Positions 25,757-35,959 of a stretch of 64,000 nucleotides of DNA are shown piece by piece (the stretch's first letter is position 1; each line of letters starts with the position of its first letter). Where the stretch lies: IMG/VR virus record IMGVR_UViG_3300025389_000012. One strand, written 5' to 3'. The notes under the pieces are model-generated. The model ran no database searches, was not told the DNA's origin, and saw nothing but the letters and a program-made list of their open reading frames with translations. The DNA comes from an uncultured virus (IMG/VR IMGVR_UViG_3300025389_000012). Its lineage: Duplodnaviria; Heunggongvirae; Uroviricota; Caudoviricetes. Made by a program: the position numbers and the translations under genes.

Positions 25757-28068
25757 GGTAATAAATGCTTTGGTCTTGTTCGTTTGATGCTGTCTAAAGT
25801 AATTACGGTTGTTGCTGGCACAACTGATTTAACTTCAGTGCCCTCAAACGTTTCTTTTTCTGGCATAGACAAGTCTTTACTCTTGTCACGTTTCTGTTCT
25901 TTCTCTTCTAGTGTAACTACATAGTCCATGTAGTTACTCCAATCACCTGTGCCTTGCCACTTTAATTCAAAACTAAAATCAATAGTAGCATTAAGTACTG
26001 CTTCTTCATTTAATAAGTCAGCAAAGTCTTGTCCACTACGACCTTCTTCTTCACTCCAAGTTGCTTTTGCTAACTTTCTTGCACGTTTAACTGTGTTACT
26101 TTGCAAGCGTGAATAATCTTGTGCATAGAATGGGCCTTTACGACCTTCTGGTGGTGGTTTACGATCATCCCAAGGATTATCAATTTGTTCAAACTTAATA
26201 TCAAAGTCTGCTTCCCATTGACCTTCATCAGTGATCTTAAACTTGTACTTTGCATAATACATTTCAGGACCAAACTGTTGGCCAAACTCTTTGATATCTA
26301 AGTCAGGGTGAAATAAGATTTCTGCTTCATAGCCACCACGTGCGCGCCATAGATTTCTAAAGAAAGGCCACATTTCATTTACTAATGCATTTGCAAATGG
26401 ATTGTTTGAGTCAACAGGTGGAATGATATTGTAATCAAATTCTTCATAATGCATTTCTTTTTGTTTTGCAGGATTATTCAATCTGATGTTGTAATGACGC
26501 TGTGCAAGTGCATGACGTACAGGATATGTCACAGGAACTTCTGTGCAACCATTAAACATATCTAGCCAAATGTGAATGCACTTAACACGTGTCATAACGT
26601 GTGTGCCACCCATTTTTAAATCATTGCTGATCCAGTGACCTTGATATTTGTGCCACGATACATTGTATGCGTGTGGATTCTGTCCTACAATTGTTTCAGG
26701 ACCTAATCCATATCCCACACCAAGACCCATGTTATTGATATTGTTGTTACGCATACGCCACATGAATGTCATTGTATCGCTATAGTCTTGATACTCTTCA
26801 GTGGGGAATCCAACGATCCAGTTAGTTGCGGCCCAGATGCCTACTTTTTTACAGTCAATAAAGTTCTGTTCCATTTCTTGAATGGTAACACCTTTGTGCA
26901 TATCGTCTAATACTTTTTGTGATCCTGATTCACAACCAAAGTTAAACATAATGCATCCACCATCTGCTAAGTCTTGCAGATAGTCTAATGTCATACGACC
27001 ATCGCAACGTGCATAACCAGTCCAACGAACCTTTAAGTATTTGGCTTTAAGTCCTAATGCAAATGCACGTAGTTCTTTAATATTACCATTGATCAAACTA
27101 TCAATGAACCAAATGATGTCAGTGCCTTTGTTGTAGTATAACCATTCAACTTCGGTAATTAAGTCAACACTTTGACGTTGACGATATTTCCAAAAGTGTG
27201 TTTCTTCACAGAATGTACACTTTGCTGTACATCCACGACTAATCTCACTGTTAACTCCATTAGGTACTTCGTACAAACTAAAGTCAATACTCTCATAGTC
27301 TGGCATAGGAAGACCATTGATATTGATACGTTGATCTTCAGGCTGTGTTAATACTCTGGCTGCACCACTGTGATCTGATCCTGCTTCGATTTCATCAAGC
27401 ATTACTAATAAATTCTGTTCGCCTTCACCTACAATAACATAATCATAATAGTCTTCAATCTTAAACCAACTCTTGTGTACATTAGGCCCACCAACTGCAA
27501 TCTTAATATGAGGTGCTCTACGTTTAATTTCTTGGCACATCCATTTGCTAGGCTCTTCGCTAATGTAATAGATACTGAATCCAACAACACTTGGGTTCAT
27601 TTCAATAATCTTGTCTACTGCTTCGCTAAGAATAGGTTCTAACACAGGATGAATATCATTCATGTACGTGTCACCTAACCAGTGCCATGAACTTGCAGGG
27701 TCCCAAAGTCTAAATGGTAATTTCTTGTTTGGTTGCCAATCATCACGATAAGCATTATATGCTTTAACATTCAAGTCCATGATGTGCGTTTCGTATCCCG
27801 CACTTTTTGCCACACCACTAAGTCTAGCAAGACTAAATGGGGGCATATAGGGACTCCATTCAGGGCATAGTACAAGCACAAGTTTAGTGTTTCTTGTCTT
27901 GTAATCTACATATACCGGAGTAAGATTCTTTTGATTTACTACTACTGATTTGGCATAAGGGGCAATGGCTTCCATCATGCTACGATGGCGTGCATCTGCT
28001 ATATCTTCTGTTGGTCTTTCTTTTGGCTTTAACTCGTCTACAGCCAAACTACGTAAATTAAAATCCAA
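25753..28068 (-). CDS. cobalamin-binding radical SAM enzyme (class B methylase-like)
   Basis: VVGFS, VGGP, GEGE B12-binding domain; SRGCTAKCTFC; GCESGS; IVGFPTE; TTG start after GGAG. Confidence 0.92.
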   Translation of the reverse strand: MDFNLRSLAVDELKPKERPTEDIADARHRSMMEAIAPYAKSVVVNQKNLTPVYVDYKTRNTKLVLVLCPEWSPYMPPFSLARLSGVAKSAGYETHIMDLNVKAYNAYRDDWQPNKKLPFRLWDPASSWHWLGDTYMNDIHPVLEPILSEAVDKIIEMNPSVVGFSIYYISEEPSKWMCQEIKRRAPHIKIAVGGPNVHKSWFKIEDYYDYVIVGEGEQNLLVMLDEIEAGSDHSGAARVLTQPEDQRININGLPMPDYESIDFSLYEVPNGVNSEISRGCTAKCTFCEETHFWKYRQRQSVDLITEVEWLYYNKGTDIIWFIDSLINGNIKELRAFALGLKAKYLKVRWTGYARCDGRMTLDYLQDLADGGCIMFNFGCESGSQKVLDDMHKGVTIQEMEQNFIDCKKVGIWAATNWIVGFPTEEYQDYSDTMTFMWRMRNNNINNMGLGVGYGLGPETIVGQNPHAYNVSWHKYQGHWISNDLKMGGTHVMTRVKCIHIWLDMFNGCTEVPVTYPVRHALAQRHYNIRLNNPAKQKEMHYEEFDYNIIPPVDSNNPFANALVNEMWPFFRNLWRARGGYEAEILFHPDLDIKEFGQQFGPEMYYAKYKFKITDEGQWEADFDIKFEQIDNPWDDRKPPPEGRKGPFYAQDYSRLQSNTVKRARKLAKATWSEEEGRSGQDFADLLNEEAVLNATIDFSFELKWQGTGDWSNYMDYVVTLEEKEQKRDKSKDLSMPEKETFEGTEVKSVVPATTVITLDSIKRTRPKHLLP

Positions 28069-28118
28069 TGATCGCTCCTAGTCTTATCTATTTAGAGCAG
28101 TAAACAGAGGCGTATAAT

Positions 28119-29990
28119 TTAAGTCATAGGTTTAAAGTGAAGGATTACTCCGTTTTGCATAGACTTATCCTTCATTGGATACATTCCTACCAATTTTAAA
28201 TTATTGACTTTAGCCATATGTTCCATTTTTTCATAATAATGATTTTCAATCAAGTAAACATCGGCATCAGCAGTTAAATGTTTTGATATATTATTGAAGA
28301 ATTCGCCGTGAATCTTAAAATCAGGATCAATAACAAGTCTGGCAGTATTTTCTAAAATAAAGTCAAACATTTCACTATTTTTGTTGAGCATATCTGCTTT
28401 AAAATCTTCGTAAGTAATATCACTATGGGGAGGGTTACTGATAACTAAATCCCATTTTTCGCTATCAGGGATATCAGCAATATTAGGAGTCAAATATGTT
28501 GTAACATAATTTGATAGATTATTGTTCTTTGCTGTTTGTTTGCAGTTTTCAATGGCTGGTTCAAACATATCTGAAAATACAATATAGTTACAGATTCCCA
28601 AACCCAGCATTTCGTAACCTAATACGCCAAAGCCAGCACACCATTCAAAGCCTCTGTTATAGACATACTTTCCTGTCTTTTTAATAACTTCAATTAAGTC
28701 ATCTCTAAAGTATAATCCACCACCGTCAATTTTTTTAGGGTGCTTAATCATTATACCACTTTTTAATCTTATGGTATCGATATGGTCTAATGATTCTCTG
28801 TATTGTTTTTCTTTAGTTTGTCTTGTATTACCGTAATGTACTGTTTGTTTTGATGTTCCGTTGTATTGACGCCATGGATCAATAACTACCGCAGTATTTG
28901 GCAATTGCAAATCAGTAACATATTTGTCCCAATAACCAATCATATAAACATCTGTGGTATCTGTTTTGAGATCGGTGTCCCCTGTGTGAACATCATAGTA
29001 ATTTACGTTACCACCTAACTCAGTGACATAATGTCCAACTAACAAACTACTGCTACCGTTAGTATAATTTACGTTAGGCTTATATGCTTTGCCAATGATA
29101 GTTACATTGTTACCATATTTTAAACACTTTTGTGCAAGTCTTTTTGCCTGCACTTCTCTAGCAGTCATAATGCTATCAAACAAATCATAACCTAAATTTA
29201 ATTTATCTGCTAGATAACGTAATGCAATGTTATCACGTGGATGACATGCACCACCATCGCCCATACCTGCTTTCATATATGCAGGGCCCATGATGCGATA
29301 TGTTGACTTTGCTAATGCGTTAGTAACAACGTCAACATTAATATTGCCACTAGTCTCTGCAACGTCTTGAATCATATTTACTAATGCAAGTTTTGTACTA
29401 ATAAAGGTGTTATAGAAAATCTTGATTGCTTCGGCTTCGTCCCAAGTACCAACTTCAATGCGTGGATTGTTTTGCATTAATGGTGCATAAAAGTCAATCA
29501 ACTCACTTGCATCACCTGTTATTGATCCGTCTTCAGTTCCAATGATAATCATCTCAGGATTAACAAAGTCATCAGCAACAGTGCCCATAGCAATCAAGTA
29601 TGGGTTATAAATGAAACGTGCATTAGTAATGTAATTGATAAAACGACTTCGAACAGTGCCCGGTAGCACAGTACTAATCAATACAACAAGTTGATCTTTA
29701 CTAACATATTTGTTGATTTCGTTCAATGTGTTAGTAACAATACTATAATCAAAATCTGTATTGGGTAAATGACTTGATGGTGTTTCTCCACCATATCTAG
29801 GGTCATGTGGGGTTGGTACAGCAATAAAAATGATATCTCTATCTTGTACTGCCTCTTGTATGCTACTTTTCATTGGAAAACTAGCATTTACGTGTACGCT
29901 ATCGAACCCAACAACATCGTATTGTTGAGCCATTACAGTGGCGCAGGGTTCGCCTAATTTTCCTACCCCGATCATTGCAACCTTTTTCAT
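28119..29990 (-). CDS. UDP-glucose/GDP-mannose 6-dehydrogenase fused to a C-terminal class I SAM methyltransferase
   Basis: GVGKLG, AVPTP, STVLPGT, KIFYNTF, GGACHPRD, AYKP; C-terminal EWCAGFG and SNPPH. Confidence 0.88.
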   Translation of the reverse strand: MKKVAMIGVGKLGEPCATVMAQQYDVVGFDSVHVNASFPMKSSIQEAVQDRDIIFIAVPTPHDPRYGGETPSSHLPNTDFDYSIVTNTLNEINKYVSKDQLVVLISTVLPGTVRSRFINYITNARFIYNPYLIAMGTVADDFVNPEMIIIGTEDGSITGDASELIDFYAPLMQNNPRIEVGTWDEAEAIKIFYNTFISTKLALVNMIQDVAETSGNINVDVVTNALAKSTYRIMGPAYMKAGMGDGGACHPRDNIALRYLADKLNLGYDLFDSIMTAREVQAKRLAQKCLKYGNNVTIIGKAYKPNVNYTNGSSSLLVGHYVTELGGNVNYYDVHTGDTDLKTDTTDVYMIGYWDKYVTDLQLPNTAVVIDPWRQYNGTSKQTVHYGNTRQTKEKQYRESLDHIDTIRLKSGIMIKHPKKIDGGGLYFRDDLIEVIKKTGKYVYNRGFEWCAGFGVLGYEMLGLGICNYIVFSDMFEPAIENCKQTAKNNNLSNYVTTYLTPNIADIPDSEKWDLVISNPPHSDITYEDFKADMLNKNSEMFDFILENTARLVIDPDFKIHGEFFNNISKHLTADADVYLIENHYYEKMEHMAKVNNLKLVGMYPMKDKSMQNGVILHFKPMT

Positions 29991-30014
29991 GTGAATATTT
30001 ATAGGTAATTGATT

Positions 30015-30188
30015 CTAGTCAGAAATAATATGTGTTGTATGTTGTGATAACAGTATTTTATTATAGTGTAACACAGGTGTCAACTCTTTTATCCATTGTC
30101 TGATTTCTGGTTTGGTCATTTTTAGTAATCTTTCCACTTCATCCATAATAGCCAAAAGTCTCTTCAATTGTTTCTTTGATATATTCTG
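30015..30188 (-). pseudogene. C-terminal remnant of a T/S-EK-T family gene
   Basis: Frame reads KRLLAIMDEVERLLKMTKPEIRQWIKELTPVLHYNKILL, matching QRIYAIVDEVERLCKMNETETQEWLNNVERICDYNYRLL at the end of ORF 30858-32087; ATG at 30146 would give 43 aa. Confidence 0.6.
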
Positions 30189-30861
30189 CTAGTTGTTTAT
30201 GTCCCAGTGTGCTTGGGTGATGATCTTTTTCACTAATTCTTTCGTATTTCCAATCGTGTCTACCTGATGATTCTAACCAATTGTATCTATCCATAAAAAA
30301 TCTTTTGTAGGGAGGTGGCATATTACCATGTGTAGCACAATAACTCCAATAGTAATATTTGATACCATATGATTTAAATATACTTGCTAATGATTCACAA
30401 TGAGTGATGTGTTGATAAAGACCCTCAATATCTGTATAATTTTCATAACGTTTTTGTGAATCTATAAACATTTCTTCATAAGAACTTCTGTCTTTTAATT
30501 CAGTCTTGCTAATAACAGTTCCTACTTTAACTCTTGCCCATCGATCAGGTAAACTTTCAAAACTATTATTCATATCCTTAGGATAATAATATTCGTAGCG
30601 TGAAGGTTCAGTCCATTGAATTACTGCTGTAGTATTCTGTAATGTTTCTGGTGTTTGTTGCCATATCCATTCTAATGTGGTTCTAATAATGCGTTGGTTA
30701 CTACCGCATCCTTCAGCCAAATTAACATGTCTGTCAAAATTCATTAATGTTTTTAATTGTGCTGGCCATGTAATTTCATTACGTAGTGTTTCATCGTCAT
30801 ATAAGTTATCTAACCCGCCACCATAGGTCCAACTACAACCATTTGTAAATAATATTTTCAT
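30139..30861 (-). CDS. SGNH/GDSL hydrolase-like protein (paralog 2)
   Basis: NGCSWTYG, GCGSN, IQWT..SR, DHHPSTLGH. Confidence 0.75.
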   Translation of the reverse strand: MKILFTNGCSWTYGGGLDNLYDDETLRNEITWPAQLKTLMNFDRHVNLAEGCGSNQRIIRTTLEWIWQQTPETLQNTTAVIQWTEPSRYEYYYPKDMNNSFESLPDRWARVKVGTVISKTELKDRSSYEEMFIDSQKRYENYTDIEGLYQHITHCESLASIFKSYGIKYYYWSYCATHGNMPPPYKRFFMDRYNWLESSGRHDWKYERISEKDHHPSTLGHKQLAEYIKETIEETFGYYG

Positions 30862-32087
30862 TTTGCTTGAAATCCTCTACGTTTCAAAAGTCTATAGTTA
30901 TAATCACATATACGTTCTACATTATTTAACCACTCTTGTGTTTCTGTTTCATTCATTTTACATAAACGTTCTACTTCGTCAACGATAGCATAAATTCTTT
31001 GTTCATCATTTTCTATTAAATCATATGATTCATCAATATAAGGACTAAATGTTTTATAACCCAATTCACGCAATTCTCTTAAAAAATAAGGTGTGCTAGC
31101 CACAATAAAAGGATGTTTTGCTTTTATGGGTTTCCATGTTTTTTCAGTTACAAAATGGCAAGGATAACACCAAGTTGCTAGTCTATAGTTTAAAGTGCTG
31201 GTATCCATATTACTCAAAAATAATGTTTCAGATATTAAACTAAACAATGATGTTTGATAAAACACTTCATCTTCTTTAGTTACTTTCCCCATGTTACTTA
31301 AATCTTGCTTTAATGATAAATTTATAGGCAATCTATCTTGAATTGTGGACACATATTCTTTGATCATTTTACTAAAATTAGAAATAGGTTCGTATTGATA
31401 TTGGTATATCGACTGAGGAGTATCTACCATAGAATAATATGATAACTCCAACAAATCTCGTTTTATTAGTTCACCCAATAAAAACAATCTATGCGGTCTT
31501 GCTACACCATTTAAAAACAAAAACTTTTTTGTTGAGTTTGGATTTGAATTAAATTCAATCTCTTCAATATGTGCGTCACGATTAGCATATTTACATTGTA
31601 AATATTCAAAATAGTTGTGATAAACTATTTGTGTTGGAAGATAATTGTTTTTTATGCAGTAATCATAATACAGTTTTCTGTTATTTACCGTATCGGATGC
31701 TCCTGTCAAATATACAATATCGTTATAATTTATTTTATATTCCAATACTAGTTTTTTAACAAATGCATCTGTAAATTTTAAAAAGTTGAAATCAAACGCT
31801 TCACTTGGTAATGCTAGAACAATATAGTATTGGCCCGATTTATTTGCTATTTCTTCTAATATATATTTTATTGCACTCTCTGTTTTTTCTTTGACTTCAT
31901 TAGGGTTTGAAATATTAGTAGATTCGTGTATATAAATTATTTCAGAGGTAGTAACCGGCTTATTAAAAGCCTTTTCTAAAATAGATGCGGCGAGGTCTAA
32001 ACACCATGGCCAATCTTCAACGCACTTTCTTAAATCGGTCATTGGGCCTTGTCTGGCAGGTACAGCGTTTATTTCTTCGTGATCCAT
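30858..32087 (-). CDS. putative glycosyltransferase-like protein (T/S-EK-T family, paralog 2)
   Basis: LNGVARPHR, TEKTWKPI..KHPFI, GYKTFSPYIDESYD. Confidence 0.55.
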   Translation of the reverse strand: MDHEEINAVPARQGPMTDLRKCVEDWPWCLDLAASILEKAFNKPVTTSEIIYIHESTNISNPNEVKEKTESAIKYILEEIANKSGQYYIVLALPSEAFDFNFLKFTDAFVKKLVLEYKINYNDIVYLTGASDTVNNRKLYYDYCIKNNYLPTQIVYHNYFEYLQCKYANRDAHIEEIEFNSNPNSTKKFLFLNGVARPHRLFLLGELIKRDLLELSYYSMVDTPQSIYQYQYEPISNFSKMIKEYVSTIQDRLPINLSLKQDLSNMGKVTKEDEVFYQTSLFSLISETLFLSNMDTSTLNYRLATWCYPCHFVTEKTWKPIKAKHPFIVASTPYFLRELRELGYKTFSPYIDESYDLIENDEQRIYAIVDEVERLCKMNETETQEWLNNVERICDYNYRLLKRRGFQAK

Positions 32088-33994
32088 GACTTACCAAAAT
32101 TTCTACGTCTTGCAAAAAAGATTTGTTCACAGAATCTTTGCAATGATTGATCTTTATCTTCAGGGAAATCAAATTCATATTCACAAGGGCTAACCAATTC
32201 ACTAGCATCTTGCACGTAACTAGGGATATCATGCTTAAAGGATAGTACCTTAGGATAGTTTGCAATGTCTTTGTGATCAACCAAATAATTTCTTTGGAAT
32301 ATCATTAGTTCTTGTAATAAACTTTCTTCAATATCAAACTCAGTATGCAAGAAATCTTCAATTACATCAAACACATGTTTGTGTTTATCTTCACTATGTA
32401 TATTAATTGTCGTACTATGCACTAAATTCCATCCATGAATTTCCATACCTTGAATCGGAGTATGATCAATGCGACCATACTTACCCCAGTTTTGATAGTG
32501 TTCTGCAATACGATGAATCTCACTTGCTAGCCAAGGATCCTTTTCAATGTGTGCATACAACTTTTCATAGAATTCACGATACTCTATTCCCTTAAGTTTA
32601 TACAACACACGGCTGATGTAGTTAGTGATACCATTAATGTGAAATGTGTTCTGAAACCAACTGTGTACTTGTGCTTGCGTCATCTTTTCAATTGGCAAGT
32701 CACGGGTAGAAATAACAACTTCAACACCTTCACGCAATTCATGTTCGTTATATGTACCAACAAGATAATCATACACAACACGACCTTCTAACTTGTAGAG
32801 TTTACGCTGTGTTAAATTCATTTCAGCATTTTCAAGTAACTGTGCTTGATAGATTGTGATACCAGTGTGGTTACCACTCTTATATAGTTTATAAAAGTTT
32901 TCCTTCCAACTGTCTAATGTTTCACCGGGCAATCCTAAAATCAATTCTGTGTATAATGGGATGTTGTGTTCTTCACACATCTTAAACACTTCTTCAATCT
33001 TGTTCATCTCTAAGTTCTTACGCTTAATGATGTCCAATACATTGTCATCCATTGATTGTACGCTTAGATTCAATCCAATCTTTGCACCACCTTCATAAAT
33101 TAACTTGCGCACAATGTCAACAACTTCTTGCTTTTGATTCTTTGCCCATGCAATTGTATATGCTTTGGGATTACCATAAGTCTGTTGTACTTCAATTAGT
33201 TTGTCAGCAATAAGACCATCACGCTCAGGGAAGATACCAAAGTTGGCATCAGTAAAACTAACAAAGTCTAATCCCTTTTGACCAATCCATTCTAATTCAG
33301 CATATACACGTTCTAAGTTAAACTTCTTAACTTTGTTGTATGTTAAACTTCCCCAGTCGCAGAATGTACATGCATAAGGGCATCCGCGATTTGTTTCTAG
33401 TGTTGCATTCCAACGAATCTCAGGATGCTTTGCCATTAGTTTGTCAAAGATACCTGTTAAATATGGACTAGGAATTGTGTCTAATTCGTCAATGCGTGGG
33501 CTACTACCTGTGTCGATAGTTTTGCCGTTATCATTGATAAGCAAGCCTGGAATATCAGTAAAAGTATCGCCTGTATGCAAATTCTCTAATATTCTTCTAA
33601 AAGATATTTCGCCTTCAAGTTTAACACATACATCAATGAAAGGATACTTTTCAAAGAACCCTTCTTTTTCAATAGGATATTCAGGTCCACCTGCAATGAT
33701 AAAGATATCTGGATTAGCCTTCTTTAGTTCTCTACCAAGAACTGCACTATAACTACGATTCCAAATATAAGTGCTGAAGCCAACAATAGCACTATCTTTT
33801 AATAATTCTACTGCTTCTTCAATATAATCTCTACGCCAAATGAATTCCCCAAGTTCATAATGATCACTGATATGAGGGAATTGGTTTACGTAACTCCATA
33901 ATACCGCAGGGCTATAAGGCAAGTAGAAAGCATTATACTCTTTCGGACCTTGCTGAAAGTTTGGACTTACGAAACTTATTTTCTTTTTAGGCAT
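32069..33994 (-). CDS. cobalamin-binding radical SAM enzyme
   Basis: GFSTYIWN, GGPE, EGE, ETNRGCPYACTFC, DANFG, ELILGLPGET. Confidence 0.92.
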   Translation of the reverse strand: MPKKKISFVSPNFQQGPKEYNAFYLPYSPAVLWSYVNQFPHISDHYELGEFIWRRDYIEEAVELLKDSAIVGFSTYIWNRSYSAVLGRELKKANPDIFIIAGGPEYPIEKEGFFEKYPFIDVCVKLEGEISFRRILENLHTGDTFTDIPGLLINDNGKTIDTGSSPRIDELDTIPSPYLTGIFDKLMAKHPEIRWNATLETNRGCPYACTFCDWGSLTYNKVKKFNLERVYAELEWIGQKGLDFVSFTDANFGIFPERDGLIADKLIEVQQTYGNPKAYTIAWAKNQKQEVVDIVRKLIYEGGAKIGLNLSVQSMDDNVLDIIKRKNLEMNKIEEVFKMCEEHNIPLYTELILGLPGETLDSWKENFYKLYKSGNHTGITIYQAQLLENAEMNLTQRKLYKLEGRVVYDYLVGTYNEHELREGVEVVISTRDLPIEKMTQAQVHSWFQNTFHINGITNYISRVLYKLKGIEYREFYEKLYAHIEKDPWLASEIHRIAEHYQNWGKYGRIDHTPIQGMEIHGWNLVHSTTINIHSEDKHKHVFDVIEDFLHTEFDIEESLLQELMIFQRNYLVDHKDIANYPKVLSFKHDIPSYVQDASELVSPCEYEFDFPEDKDQSLQRFCEQIFFARRRNFGKSWITKK

Positions 33995-34886
33995 ATCCTC
34001 GCAACTTTATAAATTCTGCTAACTCATCTGCAATTACTTTGTAACCCTTGGTTGTTGGGTGTGAACCGTCGCAATTAGTCAAGTATTCAGCAGGCCAATC
34101 ACGTTGTTTATAAAACTGATAAAATCCTCCCCATTGCATTGGATCCATTAATCCATCACACCAAACAAGTTTTTGCATAAATGCAATATAGGGGACTTCA
34201 TCGTGTATGTATCCATTCCAATCAAATTTATTTGCCAATGAACCCGCGTTCTCTTGTAGATAGTATTTAATACCTTGTGGATTATGATGATTAAATGCAT
34301 TAGCAATTACCACTTTAAATCCATGTGCTTTTGCAAATGCCTGTAAATCTAATAGTGCCATCATTTGCTCACAGGCAGCAAACTGTTCACTCCATAACAT
34401 TTTTGCATAGCAGTTCCAAAGCGGCCCCTCCTCACCACCATTATCTGGTGCTGGCCACATTGTTCTCCATTTATTATGTTCAAACTCACCATTACTGTAT
34501 CCATCTGGTTGAGTAATTCGATGATCACTAATGGTTTTGGGATGTTCTCTAAAGAAGTCAAAACGCTCAACACCGGACATCATAAACACAATAATACCTG
34601 TGCTATTACTCCAATCAATGTTGTCTACAAAGTGTAGTTGATGAACGGCTGCTCTGTTGCCAATACCCTTAATTCCCAAATTCAATGGGGTATAATCAGG
34701 GAAATGATCACGTGCTAATTGGTTAACCCAACTATTTTCGAGTTCATATTTGCGTAAGTGGTAATCATTTTTACCCCTATTACTAATCTGTACTCTACCG
34801 TTATATTGTTTAACGATTTCGTCCGGGTATCCACCTTCACCCTGTGTCCAACTACAACCCAATCCGATAATATATTTCTTTTTCAT
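33987..34886 (-). CDS. SGNH/GDSL hydrolase-like protein (paralog 3)
   Basis: LGCSWTQG, GIGN, SHPTTKGY; ATGA-coupled start at 34886. Confidence 0.72.
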   Translation of the reverse strand: MKKKYIIGLGCSWTQGEGGYPDEIVKQYNGRVQISNRGKNDYHLRKYELENSWVNQLARDHFPDYTPLNLGIKGIGNRAAVHQLHFVDNIDWSNSTGIIVFMMSGVERFDFFREHPKTISDHRITQPDGYSNGEFEHNKWRTMWPAPDNGGEEGPLWNCYAKMLWSEQFAACEQMMALLDLQAFAKAHGFKVVIANAFNHHNPQGIKYYLQENAGSLANKFDWNGYIHDEVPYIAFMQKLVWCDGLMDPMQWGGFYQFYKQRDWPAEYLTNCDGSHPTTKGYKVIADELAEFIKLRGYA

Positions 34887-35959
34887 TTTGCTAACCAAGG
34901 CTCCATCATATTTAACATTTGCTGGTATCCATTACCATACAATTTATAATCAGTAGTTTCTGTTAAAAACTGTAATGATTTGGGCACCATTTTTTCTTTA
35001 ATACTACCATAATCTAAAAATTTTTGTCTGTTATACAACATTTTAGGTAATAGAGTTTTATGAATCTTTTTTATCTTACTTAAGTCCCACTGTACAATTT
35101 TATTTAAATTGTCAATGATTCCTTGTATTCTATCATTAATGTCTGGCATACTATCAAAACTATAATCGAATAATTCGTCATATAATACTAGTCCATAGTC
35201 TTCAACTAGATTTTTGTGATAGTTTTCACAAGACAAAATCAGAAATGGCTTTAAACCAACAATAGGTTTACATGTTTTTTCTGTTACAAAAAAATTATTA
35301 GTGCCAAACGAACTTTCAGTTACTATATCAATAAATCCTTTGAAATAACTTCTAGCAAAACTATTAGGACTATATTCAGGAATCTTGCTAAGTACAAAAT
35401 CGTCTTCGTCAATCAATTTAGATCCGTCGTGATATTTCCATGTAAAACCTATGTTGTTAGGTGATTGTACTCTTTCAGGAAATTGAAATGTAACTATGCC
35501 ATGTTGAAATAAATTATGCTTTGCTAATTGATCTACTAATAACCCACGTTCATATTTAGGATTGTTATTATAGCAAGTAAACCATTTTTCTGCTTGGATT
35601 TCTTGATAAGGTTCAATTCGTGTGAAGTTTGAATTTACAGTTTTAAAAAGTTCTTGTCTGCATCTATCATAATTTACAACATAATATCCATATGTTTTTT
35701 CAATAATAACGTTTGGTGCTAGTTCTAAACCATCAGGCCCCGAACAAAATATAATTAATTTTTTATTATTTTCTACTAACCAATCTGAAATTCCACTAAT
35801 AAAATTATTAAAAATAAATTCAGGTTGATATTCGTAAATGCAATTTGCAAACAATAAATCAGGATTTAATTGTTTAACTTCATCAATTTCTTTTTGCCAG
35901 TCATATTTGTGACCCGGCATAGGAAGATTATTGCAGTATACAAAATAAGCAGTGATCAT
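34883..35959 (-). CDS. putative glycosyltransferase-like protein (T/S-EK-T family, paralog 3)
   Basis: YNNNPKYER, TEKTCKPI..LKPFL, LYDELFDYSFD. Confidence 0.55.
   Translation of the reverse strand: MITAYFVYCNNLPMPGHKYDWQKEIDEVKQLNPDLLFANCIYEYQPEFIFNNFISGISDWLVENNKKLIIFCSGPDGLELAPNVIIEKTYGYYVVNYDRCRQELFKTVNSNFTRIEPYQEIQAEKWFTCYNNNPKYERGLLVDQLAKHNLFQHGIVTFQFPERVQSPNNIGFTWKYHDGSKLIDEDDFVLSKIPEYSPNSFARSYFKGFIDIVTESSFGTNNFFVTEKTCKPIVGLKPFLILSCENYHKNLVEDYGLVLYDELFDYSFDSMPDINDRIQGIIDNLNKIVQWDLSKIKKIHKTLLPKMLYNRQKFLDYGSIKEKMVPKSLQFLTETTDYKLYGNGYQQMLNMMEPWLAK

Noticed and set aside
30060..30083. TTGACA...TATAAT on the minus strand
   Set aside because: Spacer is only 12 nt and it lies inside the gene remnant
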